This document shows, piece after piece, positions 10,974 to 19,721 of a DNA stretch of 64,000 bases (position 1 is its first letter; every line of letters begins with the position of its first letter). The notes below the pieces were generated by a model. It was not told the DNA's origin. It was given only the letters and a program-made list of their open reading frames with translations, and ran no database searches. Source of the stretch: Acidobacteriota bacterium (GTDB taxonomy: Bacteria > Acidobacteriota > Terriglobia > Terriglobales > Acidobacteriaceae); contig JABCZH010000001.1 of the NCBI GenBank assembly GCA_013289795.1, positions 401,768-465,767 of the forward strand. The letters run 5' to 3'. The position numbers and the translations under genes are program-made.

Positions 10974-12659
10974 ATGCGGCGGAAATGGTTGTTCGGCTTA
11001 TTCACCGTTATAACTGTGTGGCCAGTTTTGAGCCGCGCAGAGAGTTTAGAAAAGGACATCAAAAAGGCTGTTGAGCGCAGCACGCTCGCCCAGTCCGGCA
11101 CGAAGCCGTTCCATTTGAAGGCAACGTTTGCACCCAGCTTTGAAAGAGACAAGGATTCTGGGCGGACCGGTGAAGTCGAAATCTGGTGGGACTCGCCGAC
11201 GCGTTGGAAAAGGGAAGTGCGGTCGCCCGGGTTTCATCAAATCCAAGTCATCAACGGGCCTCACATCTGGCAAGAAAATGAGGGCAACTACTTTCCGCAG
11301 CGGTTAGAACGGACGGCCACGGAATTGATTGAACCCATCCCGCCTCTCGAACAAGTGCTGAAACAAGCACGGGGCGCGGAGACGCGACGCATCGGCCCCA
11401 TGATCAACCTGAGCTGGACCACGCCCAGCGGTACGCCAGAAGTCCCTAATATTTTGAGAGGATGGGTTGCTTTGAGCAGTAACACTGGTTTGCTGCTTTA
11501 TGCAGGCGGCCTCGGATGGGGCGCGGAGTTCAAAGACTATGCGGACTTTCACGGGAAGATGGTCGCGCGCACCGTCAATGTCGGATCAACCCAGCTGACC
11601 GCCAAAATCACGACGCTCGAGGATTTAGCGGAGCTTCCAACTGCGTTCTTCGACAGTACCGTCCCGGGTGGCGATCCGCACTCGTTAAGGACTGTTGTGA
11701 TGGAGGAAACATTTCTGCGCAAGAATTTGCTTTCACCAGGAACTACCTCATGGCCCTCGGTGCAGGACGGCCCACTCGAAGGAAAGGTAACCACTGACGT
11801 CGTGGTCGATTGCGATGGAAAAGTCAGAGACATTGAGACCGTTGTTTCGGATAATCCGGCCCTGAACGACGCAGCGAAACAAGCCTTCTTGGCGCTACGG
11901 TTCAAACCGTTTTCCGAAAACGGCGCGCCGGTTCAAGTGATATCGCAGTTCACAATGCCATTCAAGACGAGTCGGCCCGCAGGCGCTGAAATCTTCGATA
12001 GTGCCCGCGGCTACTTCGAGCGCGGCAGGCATATCGCCTTTCCGGCATTCGGCAACGGAACGCCGTATGTGCTTCGCGCGGAGTTTGAGGCTCAGACGCG
12101 TGAAGGCGGAATTGCGAAAGGCCGGTATGAAGACATATGGCTAACCAGCACCCAATGGCGGCGTGAGGTCGACTTCGAGAATGGGCAATATGTCCGGTCG
12201 AGAAATGGAGAGCAACTGTACCAATTAGTGAGCGGCGACTACTCCTCCTTGTTGCGGCTTGTCATGCAGGTGATGGAACCCATTCCGGCGATCGATACTT
12301 TTGTCGAGTCGGATTGGAAGATTCGACGCGATACGGTGAACGGCGTTCGTACGGTGCGCGTGCTCGCAGGATATGTGAACCCGGAGGGACAACTGGACGC
12401 GGAAAGCGCCAGGGCATACTGGTTTAATGATGCTGGCTCGTTAGTAAAGACTTATAACCTCGGAATCGAAACCGAGCGGTCCGAGTTCACGGACTTCGCC
12501 GGAGTGAAAGTTGCTCAGCATATCGACGTGATCAAAGACGGGAAAGTCGGGATGCGAATCCACGTTACGGAACTAGCGCCTGCTGGAAATGTTCCGACGA
12601 AAATGTTTGAAATTAAGGGCCACGAGTGGATCCGGGCGTTCACGGCAGAAGCGAGATGA
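10974..12659 (+). CDS. Hypothetical secreted protein with TonB C-terminal-like domain
   Basis: 561 aa with signal peptide. Internal segment VVDCDGKVRDIETVVSDNPALNDAAKQAFLALRFKPF resembles the TonB_C fold motif. Confidence 0.6.
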   Translation: MRRKWLFGLFTVITVWPVLSRAESLEKDIKKAVERSTLAQSGTKPFHLKATFAPSFERDKDSGRTGEVEIWWDSPTRWKREVRSPGFHQIQVINGPHIWQENEGNYFPQRLERTATELIEPIPPLEQVLKQARGAETRRIGPMINLSWTTPSGTPEVPNILRGWVALSSNTGLLLYAGGLGWGAEFKDYADFHGKMVARTVNVGSTQLTAKITTLEDLAELPTAFFDSTVPGGDPHSLRTVVMEETFLRKNLLSPGTTSWPSVQDGPLEGKVTTDVVVDCDGKVRDIETVVSDNPALNDAAKQAFLALRFKPFSENGAPVQVISQFTMPFKTSRPAGAEIFDSARGYFERGRHIAFPAFGNGTPYVLRAEFEAQTREGGIAKGRYEDIWLTSTQWRREVDFENGQYVRSRNGEQLYQLVSGDYSSLLRLVMQVMEPIPAIDTFVESDWKIRRDTVNGVRTVRVLAGYVNPEGQLDAESARAYWFNDAGSLVKTYNLGIETERSEFTDFAGVKVAQHIDVIKDGKVGMRIHVTELAPAGNVPTKMFEIKGHEWIRAFTAEAR

Positions 12660-12694
12660 CACAAGCGTTCTTCCTTCGGCTGGCTCGAAATCGT

Positions 12695-13900
12695 CTACTT
12701 CTGCCCACCTTTGCCGATGCTCTTCGCCGCCACAAGACGTTCCAGATGTTTCTTGAAAGCCGGCAGCAATGGATTGCCAGTCTTGGTCGCGACATCGACC
12801 GCCTTCTGAACATTTTTCATTGCTGACTCGGGCTTGCCCGCTGCTTCCAGGCAATCGGCCAGACTGTCATAGACGTTTGCCGACCGCGGATAAAGCTCCA
12901 CATTGCGCTCAAAAGCAGCCATCGCCTCGTCAATCTTCTTGTCTCCCAGCAGGTGGTAGCCCAAGGCGTTGATTTCCTGTTCGGCGGAAACTTGGAATCC
13001 GAAGCGCTCGGAAAGTTCACGATAATGTCGTTCCACACCCGCAAGTCCTCCGATGCGCAGGTCCGTCTTCTCGTCGCGGGGCATTGGCCAGCCGGCAAAG
13101 ATCAGTCGCAGGCCTGCATAGTGCGTCCGCAGTTCGGTTGACCCGTGGACCTCATCGGGATAGCGCACCGAATCCACGACGAAACCTCTCGGGCGTTCAG
13201 CGCCCACTGTCTTCTGCATCTGCTCAAATGCGTCGTTCATATCGCCGCCCTCGTTCCCGAGCGAGAAGAAGAGCGTTTTGTTGAATTCTCTTTGCCGGGA
13301 GAGGAATTCCTGGACATCGCGCACGGTGCGGGCGTCGTCCCACCACAGGCTCGGGCTCGAAGCGATGTAGGCGTTGAACAGGTCGGGACGGGCGATCATG
13401 ACGTGAACGGCAAACAAACCGCCGAGTGAGTGCCCCACGAGAATCCGATACGGTTCGGTAGGGTAGCGTTTGTCGACTTCAGGCATCAACTCCATCTGGA
13501 TGAAGTCGAGGAATTTGTCAGCCCCGCCAGTGGTGGGAAATTGTTCGACCGAGCCATCCGAGTGTTTTACGCCGGCGCGGGTGGGCGTCAGGTCGCGGTT
13601 GCGGTCGGTGTTAGTGATGCCGACGACGATCAGCGGCGGCATGAAGTTGGCATCGGCGAGGAAATCAATGATGGCGCCAATTTCGTTGACGTTCGGGCCG
13701 CCGTCGGTGATATACAAAACCGCATAGCGGTCTGTTTTCCCGCGCGATGCGGCCGGCATCCGCACCCACATCAACCGATCTTCATTGAGAACATTCGAGT
13801 GAACCAGCAGGCGCTGTGGCACGGGTGGCGCCACGTCCTGGGCAGAACAAGTGATGGATACAATGCAGGCAATAAGAAGACACCGAAGCGCACGGGGCAT
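12695..13900 (-). CDS. Secreted alpha/beta-hydrolase (putative esterase family) with C-terminal TPR repeats
   Basis: 401 aa with signal peptide. GHSLGG nucleophile elbow inside an esterase-D/enterochelin-esterase-like core (ILVGHSLGGLFAVHV). C-terminal ~100 aa are TPR-like. Confidence 0.75.
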   Translation of the reverse strand: MPRALRCLLIACIVSITCSAQDVAPPVPQRLLVHSNVLNEDRLMWVRMPAASRGKTDRYAVLYITDGGPNVNEIGAIIDFLADANFMPPLIVVGITNTDRNRDLTPTRAGVKHSDGSVEQFPTTGGADKFLDFIQMELMPEVDKRYPTEPYRILVGHSLGGLFAVHVMIARPDLFNAYIASSPSLWWDDARTVRDVQEFLSRQREFNKTLFFSLGNEGGDMNDAFEQMQKTVGAERPRGFVVDSVRYPDEVHGSTELRTHYAGLRLIFAGWPMPRDEKTDLRIGGLAGVERHYRELSERFGFQVSAEQEINALGYHLLGDKKIDEAMAAFERNVELYPRSANVYDSLADCLEAAGKPESAMKNVQKAVDVATKTGNPLLPAFKKHLERLVAAKSIGKGGQK

Positions 13901-13982
13901 TCGTTCCTCCGGAGAAGTAGATGATATCTCAGCTGGCGGAAGAGTGGGAGCTAGGCGCTGCGCCCTCCCGCGTTGTTAGAAC

Positions 13983-14207
13983 CTACCGCCTTATTCTCCC
14001 CACCACATACATCAACACCGACAAAACCACGCTGACCACAATCGAGGTAGCCAGCGGAAAGTAAAACGTCGTGTTCTTCCCGCGATACACAAAGTCACCC
14101 GGCAGCCGTCCCAGCGGCAGGCCGGCGCGACCCGCCAGCACCATCCCCAATCCCGCCAGGAGGAGCATCCCGCCCAGCAATATCAGCAGTTTCCCCAGAT
14201 CAGTCAC
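13983..14207 (-). CDS. DUF2905 family small membrane protein
   Basis: The track ORF (225 aa) is over-extended. The conserved part is the C-terminal ~74 aa (KLLILLGGMLLLAGLG...LPGDFVYRGKNTTFYFPLATSIVVSVVLSVLMYV), typical of DUF2905. Inferred GTG start at 14207. Confidence 0.55.
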   Translation of the reverse strand: MTDLGKLLILLGGMLLLAGLGMVLAGRAGLPLGRLPGDFVYRGKNTTFYFPLATSIVVSVVLSVLMYVVGRIRR

Positions 14208-14279
14208 AGGATCAATTTTAGTCTTACTTTGCAAGACAAAGTACTTGACATCAGCAACGCTCTCCGCTAAACTCTTGCC

Positions 14280-14891
14280 ATGTTTGAGCGCCAACATCGC
14301 GTTCGCCGGCCGCGCGCCCATTCTCCTGCTCCAGCCCGGGCCCTTGATGATCTTCGCTTCATTCGCGAGACTCTGGAGCGCTCCTCCGCCTTCACTGCGA
14401 TTCCCGGATGGGGGCAGGTTGCCATGGGGGCAAGCGCCCTCCCAGCCGCGTGGCTCGCCGCCCGTCAGGGTTCTCAGGCCATGTGGCTCACGGTTTGGCT
14501 GGTCGAGGCAGTCTTCGCATCTTCCGTCGGGATCGCCGCCACCCAAAACAAAGCTCAACGCACCGGCGTCCCGCTGACCAGCGGCCCCGGCCGCAAATTC
14601 GCCCTTAGCTTCCTGCCCGCAGTCGTGGCGGGTGCAGTTCTGACCTTGGTCCTCTATCAATACGGGCTGTCTCGCATTCTGCCTGGAACCTGGCTGCTAC
14701 TTTTCGGTGCGGGAGTGGTATCAGCTGGTGCGCTCTCGGTAGCCGTCGTTCCCGCCATGGGCACTTGCTTCATGTTGCTGGGCGTCGCCGCTCTGATGTT
14801 TCCCGCCTCGGGCAATCTCTGGATGGCCCTCGGTTTCGGTGGATTGCACCTCGGCTTCGGGCTCAGCATCGCCAGGAGGTACGGTGGCTAG
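14280..14891 (+). CDS. Hypothetical polytopic membrane protein
   Basis: 203 aa with several hydrophobic helices. Its stop overlaps the inferred GTG start of the downstream HTH regulator. Confidence 0.55.
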   Translation: MFERQHRVRRPRAHSPAPARALDDLRFIRETLERSSAFTAIPGWGQVAMGASALPAAWLAARQGSQAMWLTVWLVEAVFASSVGIAATQNKAQRTGVPLTSGPGRKFALSFLPAVVAGAVLTLVLYQYGLSRILPGTWLLLFGAGVVSAGALSVAVVPAMGTCFMLLGVAALMFPASGNLWMALGFGGLHLGFGLSIARRYGG

Positions 14892-15261
14892 AACTCTGCG
14901 GTCAACATCGGCGCATACCTCGCGAACGGTTTCTTCCGGCCGCACAGCTCGCCCCCCGCGCGAATTGCCCGAACTCGATCGCCTGATTCACGAGCGACTG
15001 CGCCTCGGCATCGTCAGCGCTCTTGCCATTAACGACTCGTTGAGTTTCAACGACCTCAAGCGTGTGCTGAAAACCTCCGACGGCAACCTCAGCGTGCACG
15101 CCCAGAAGTTGGAGGCCGCCGGATACCTCCGCTGCAACAAGTTTTTTCAGGGACGCATCCCCCGCACCGAATACCGCCTTACGCCCGCGGGCCGGAAGGC
15201 ATTGGAAACCTATCTGGAGCAGATGGAACGTTTCATTGCCCAGACACGTGAGCGGGTCTGA
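14884..15261 (+). CDS. Winged-helix transcriptional regulator (HTH_34-like)
   Basis: LRLGIVSAL...FNDLKRVLKTSDGNLSVHAQKLEAAGYL...RIPRTEYRLTPAGRKAL matches the winged-helix DNA-binding domain usually paired with a membrane protein. GTG start at 14884 chosen because the ATG at 14839 would overlap the upstream gene by 50 bp. Confidence 0.6.
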   Translation: MARTLRSTSAHTSRTVSSGRTARPPRELPELDRLIHERLRLGIVSALAINDSLSFNDLKRVLKTSDGNLSVHAQKLEAAGYLRCNKFFQGRIPRTEYRLTPAGRKALETYLEQMERFIAQTRERV

Positions 15262-15354
15262 TATTTTTTTGTGCGGCTGCTTTGCATTGCAAAGCACATT
15301 ACGCGACAGCAAGCCAGTGAAAGACGGAGTCCTACTGGAAAGGAAGTGGCAGCC

Positions 15355-15642
15355 ATGCGTTGGCAGGAAGTCAACCGGGTTAGCGGCAAAGTCCTGATCG
15401 TCCTGTCTCTTACAGCGTTGCTCGCGGTACTTAGCGGGTACGCCCAACCGCCGCAACCCGACGAAGGCATCGCCGCTCATATCTTTCAACTGTCGGTCGT
15501 GTTGCTGCTGCCGACGATCCTACTCTTCCTCGTAACCGCCGATTGGACGCGTCCTTTGCGAAGCACGCGACCAGCGGCATTTGGAGCCGTGGCTTTGGCC
15601 ATCGCGTTTGGAGCGCTGTATTACCTGGAACACTACCGCTAA
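15355..15642 (+). CDS. Small hypothetical membrane protein
   Basis: 95 aa from an internal ATG preceded by GGAAAGGAAG SD. Three hydrophobic helices. Confidence 0.4.
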   Translation: MRWQEVNRVSGKVLIVLSLTALLAVLSGYAQPPQPDEGIAAHIFQLSVVLLLPTILLFLVTADWTRPLRSTRPAAFGAVALAIAFGALYYLEHYR

Positions 15643-15691
15643 CCTGCGACACGACCATGGATCAAGCTGACTAACTATAGGAGAAAAGAAC

Positions 15692-16342
15692 ATGTGGAAC
15701 TTCGGCATCAATAGCAACATGAATTTCCCCGCTCCCGTCGCTGCCGTAGGTTTCCTCGCAGCCTGCGCCGGCGCGCTGCTTTCGCTGTGCACCCTGGCGA
15801 TGGCTGCGTTTGTTCGCAAACGCCAAGTCGCCCAGTTGACCCTGCTCATCGTCGCTTGCGGCGCGTTTGTTTACTTCGGCCTGCTCTTCGGATTCTCCCT
15901 CGGCAGCCGCGACCACTTGCTGGCCCAGGGCGAGGAAAAGTATTTCTGCGAGATGGACTGTCATCTCGCCTACTCGGTGTTGCAAGTGAAGACCGAGCCT
16001 TCGATTGCTTTGACCCACTACGTCGTAACTCTGCGCACCCGCTTCGACGAAACCACTATTTCCTCTCAGCGCCCCAAAGATGCGCCTCTCATCCCCTCCC
16101 CGCGTACCGTGCAACTGATCGACTCCCGCGGCGCCACCTATTCGCCCGAATCCGCTGGCGGAACGTCTCTGACCACGCCGCTTATCCCCGGTCAGTCCTA
16201 CATCACCGAGCTTTCCTTTCGAGTTCCACCCGACGCTAAGGACTTGCGCCTTTTCGTCACCACCACGCCCCAATGGCCAGATCACGTCGTGATCGGCGAC
16301 GAAAACAGCTGGCTGCACAAGAAGACTTATTTTGCGCTGTAG
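15692..16342 (+). CDS. Hypothetical membrane-anchored protein
   Basis: 216 aa; TAGGAGAAAAG SD. Two N-terminal hydrophobic helices then a soluble domain. Confidence 0.5.
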   Translation: MWNFGINSNMNFPAPVAAVGFLAACAGALLSLCTLAMAAFVRKRQVAQLTLLIVACGAFVYFGLLFGFSLGSRDHLLAQGEEKYFCEMDCHLAYSVLQVKTEPSIALTHYVVTLRTRFDETTISSQRPKDAPLIPSPRTVQLIDSRGATYSPESAGGTSLTTPLIPGQSYITELSFRVPPDAKDLRLFVTTTPQWPDHVVIGDENSWLHKKTYFAL

Positions 16343-16383
16343 CGCCCGAGTCTCGCCAGTCCGCCCCTGTTAGAATTTTGTTC

Positions 16384-17082
16384 ATGAAATCACTGGCGGT
16401 TCTTCCCGTCGCTTTGCTCCTTGCCGTCGCCGCTTCGTCTCCGGCTGCGGAAGTCGAAATTACCTCGGAACCCTCCCACCACCTGATTCTGCAAAATCAA
16501 TACGTACGCGTCTTCCAGGTGGAAGTCGCTCCTCACGCCGCGACCTTGATGCATCGCCATGGCCACGACTATATCTTTGTCACGCTGGGAGCCAGCGAAG
16601 TCTCCAACGAAGTCGCCGGCAAGCCTCCAGTCACGCTCAAATTGCAGGATGGCGAGGTCCGTGCCACGGATGGCGGTTTCGTCCATATCGCCCGCAACCT
16701 CGCCGCCACGCCCTTCCGCAACATAACCATCGAATTGCTCCAGGACGACAAAGCCCGCACGTCGCCGCCTCCCAAGTGGGACGACGACCGCAGCCTGCAG
16801 GTCCTCCACGGCGGAACGCAACAGGTCCTCTTCGTCAAAGACGGCGTGCGCGTGTCCGAGACCGAACTCCAGGTTGCCGGCTCCGTGCCCAAACACCGCC
16901 ACACCCGCCCCCACCTGGTCATCGCCATCACCGACCTGACTTTCCGCAGTGACGTTGTCGGCAAAGGCGCATCGAACGTCGAGATGAAGTCTGGCGAAAT
17001 CAAATGGGTTGAAGGCGACCTCACCCATACCATCACGAATGTCGGGAACGCCGACGCCAAATTCGTGACCTTCGAGTTCTGA
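16384..17082 (+). CDS. Hypothetical secreted protein (possibly bicupin-like)
   Basis: 232 aa from the ATG at 16384 with signal peptide MKSLAVLPVALLLAVAASSPAA. Two repeated halves each contain HRH-type motifs (MHRHGHDY, KHRHTRPH). Confidence 0.5.
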   Translation: MKSLAVLPVALLLAVAASSPAAEVEITSEPSHHLILQNQYVRVFQVEVAPHAATLMHRHGHDYIFVTLGASEVSNEVAGKPPVTLKLQDGEVRATDGGFVHIARNLAATPFRNITIELLQDDKARTSPPPKWDDDRSLQVLHGGTQQVLFVKDGVRVSETELQVAGSVPKHRHTRPHLVIAITDLTFRSDVVGKGASNVEMKSGEIKWVEGDLTHTITNVGNADAKFVTFEF

Positions 17083-17234
17083 TCGCTTTCGCTCAAGCGA
17101 TCCAATCACCCGGTCGTCGACACCAACCGCAGGTGTCGTCCAAGATTTCCACATGCAAACAGAAAAATTCATTCGCGCTTAACTCTAGCGCCACATTGCA
17201 CCGTTAGAGTGTCGGGTTCAGGAGGATTTTTTCA

Positions 17235-18974
17235 ATGAAAAGCAAGAGGCCTTCACGGGCCTTTCTCGTAATTCTATTTCTGGCTGCGGCTTTGGTCCCG
17301 GCCGTAGTTGCGCAAGACGCAGGAAAACATAACAAAATCAGCCACGTCTTGCTGGTGAGCATTGATGGCATGCATGCCGTGGATTATCTGAACTGTTCGC
17401 AGGGAGTCAAAGGAATAAACGGCGGACAACCCTACTGCTCGAACCTGGCGAAGCTGGGCGCAACTGCCGTGAACTATCTGGATACCAGCACCTCACGGCC
17501 CTCCGATTCATTTCCCGGCTTGATGGCAATTGTAACCGGGGGCACACCGCGCCTCATGGGCGTGTTTTACGATGTCGCCTACGACCGGGTATTCGCTCCT
17601 CCGATCAAAACTACAGGCAACGGCCTCAAGGGTGGACCTTGTACGGCGGGCCGGGCTAACGGCACTACGACCGAGTATGAAGAGGGCATCGACATCAACC
17701 AGAAATTTCTGAACGGCGTCGACGGCATCAGTACCAAGAACGGGGACGGTGGAATCGCCTCGATTGATCCGGCCCGGCTGGTTCGCGATCCGTTTAATAA
17801 CTGCCTGCCGGTGTATCCCTGGAACTTCGTCAGGACGAACACCGTTTTCGGCGTGATTCACGCCGCTGGCGGCTACACTGCCTGGTCCGACAAGCACCCA
17901 GCCTACTCCTCGGTTTCCGGCCCCGGTGACGGCACGAACCTGGACGATTTCTATGCACCAGAAATCAATTCCACGGTGGTTGCCCTGAAGGGTGTCACGA
18001 CGCCGCTTGGTCTGGCCTGCGATCCCATTCCGGATCCGACAGCCGATCTCAGCGCTTGGACCAACAGCTTTCTAAACATTCAGTGCTACGACACGCTCAA
18101 GGTGAATGCGATCCTCAACGAAATCGATGGCTATAGCCACAACCGCAAGACGAAGACCCAGGTGCCCACAATCTTCGGCATGAATTTTCAGGCCGTCAGC
18201 GTAGGGCAAAAGTTGATCGAAGCCACCGCAGGCAGCGGCGGTTACCAGGACGGTATGGGCACTCCAAGTGCCTTATTGCTCCAGGAGATTCAGTTTGCTG
18301 ACGCAGCGATCGGAGAATGGACTGCGGAGCTCCAAAAGCAGGGTCTGTTGGACTCGACGCTTGTCATCATCACGGCTAAGCATGGTCAGAGTCCAATCGA
18401 TTCTCAACGCTACGTTGGGATTACCTCGTCCGGGCCAGTGACGACCTCGCCGAGCATGCTGATCGACGACTGCTTGCCGGCTTCCGAGTCAAACTCAGGC
18501 GGCCAAATCGGCCCCACGGAAGACGACGTTTCGCTCTTGTGGCTGAAATCTTCCTGCAACGCGGCGACCGAGGTCGGAATACTGGAAACCCAATCCCCGA
18601 CATCGAGCAACATTGCGGGTATCGGCGAAATCTTCTGGGGACAATCTGTTAATCAACTGTTCAATCCGCCAGGCATCCCGCCAAACGGCGATCCGCGAAG
18701 CCCGGACATCGCCGTTGCTCCTAATGTGGGTGTGACTTACTCGGGGAGCACCGCGAAGCAGGCCGAACATGGCGGCTTCTCGCATGATGACACCAACGTG
18801 ATGATCTTGGTCTCGAACCCGAGTTTCACAGCCAGGACCCTCACTACTCCGGTGCAGACGGCGCAAGTTGCTCCGACTATCCTGAAGGCTCTCGGCCTCA
18901 ACCCTCAGAGCTTGCAGGCAGTTCAACAACAAGGCACGGAAGCGCTGCCCGGAGTCTTTTCCGGGAAGAAATAG
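17235..18974 (+). CDS. Secreted alkaline-phosphatase-superfamily phosphoesterase (NPP/type I phosphodiesterase-like)
   Basis: 579 aa with signal peptide. HVLLVSIDGMHAVDY metal-binding N-terminal motif and ITAKHGQSP (ITSDHG-like) motif of the AP superfamily. Confidence 0.8.
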   Translation: MKSKRPSRAFLVILFLAAALVPAVVAQDAGKHNKISHVLLVSIDGMHAVDYLNCSQGVKGINGGQPYCSNLAKLGATAVNYLDTSTSRPSDSFPGLMAIVTGGTPRLMGVFYDVAYDRVFAPPIKTTGNGLKGGPCTAGRANGTTTEYEEGIDINQKFLNGVDGISTKNGDGGIASIDPARLVRDPFNNCLPVYPWNFVRTNTVFGVIHAAGGYTAWSDKHPAYSSVSGPGDGTNLDDFYAPEINSTVVALKGVTTPLGLACDPIPDPTADLSAWTNSFLNIQCYDTLKVNAILNEIDGYSHNRKTKTQVPTIFGMNFQAVSVGQKLIEATAGSGGYQDGMGTPSALLLQEIQFADAAIGEWTAELQKQGLLDSTLVIITAKHGQSPIDSQRYVGITSSGPVTTSPSMLIDDCLPASESNSGGQIGPTEDDVSLLWLKSSCNAATEVGILETQSPTSSNIAGIGEIFWGQSVNQLFNPPGIPPNGDPRSPDIAVAPNVGVTYSGSTAKQAEHGGFSHDDTNVMILVSNPSFTARTLTTPVQTAQVAPTILKALGLNPQSLQAVQQQGTEALPGVFSGKK

Positions 18975-19003
18975 CTTCGAGACTCGTCGCTAACCAAAAC
19001 TTC

Positions 19004-19030
19004 AGCGGGCATCTAGCAGGTGCCCGCTGA
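19004..19030 (+). terminator. GC-rich hairpin downstream of the phosphoesterase gene (no U-tract)
   Basis: CAGCGGGCA-TCTAGCAGG-TGCCCGCTG 9-bp stem, 30 bp after the stop of 17235..18974. Confidence 0.3.
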
Positions 19031-19670
19031 GTCTAAACCGCTAGGGTTTGGACTGTTCGGTGAATTCAACGGATCCTGCTTCCCGGCAACGCAGATACCA
19101 CACCAAACCGCTACGTCAAAGACCGCATCGCCAGATGCGATCCCAACCATGAAGCGCATCTTGCAGCCTAGGTGTGCACCGATTGTGCTCTAGGCCGGGA
19201 CCTTGAGACTCAGCGGAGAATGCTGTGATCAGGCGTCGTGTTCGCGTCGCGGCAGATCGGCTTTGTTTTCAATCAGCCGACGCAGATTACGCGGCAAATT
19301 CTCGACTTCAATCTTACGGGAGATCTTTCAAGAATAAGCTCCCCACCATGTTCTTCCAGCCCGCGCACATTTCCTGGCCATCCGTAGGTTCTGGAGACAG
19401 CGCAGAGAATCTTCCGAGAACTCCGGCGTGAGCCTTGTAATAGCCGCCGCCTGCATCTGTCAGGATCAATTCTTATTGTCGCGATCGGAGACATTCGGGC
19501 GTGGCTCTCGTCGCGGGCGGAGCCAGTATGGTTTGGAGTAATATCGGGCCGGAATCACGAATCGGCGGGCTGACAACACCACGCACAGGAAAGTACTTAC
19601 CCGTTCGTGACGCTTTGACGAGCCACAAGGCTCAGGTTCGCTGGGACTTTGGTTTGAGGCGTGGACAAAA

Positions 19671-19700
19671 CCCCTCTCCCCCTGGTCATCGGGGAGAGGG
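19671..19700 (-). terminator. Intrinsic terminator of the beta-propeller/phosphoesterase gene
   Basis: On the minus strand: CCCTCTCCCC-GATGACCAG-GGGGAGAGGG followed by GTTTTGT, about 20 nt after the TAA stop at 19722. Confidence 0.5.
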
Positions 19701-19721
19701 TCTTTACAGTCGAAACATGTT

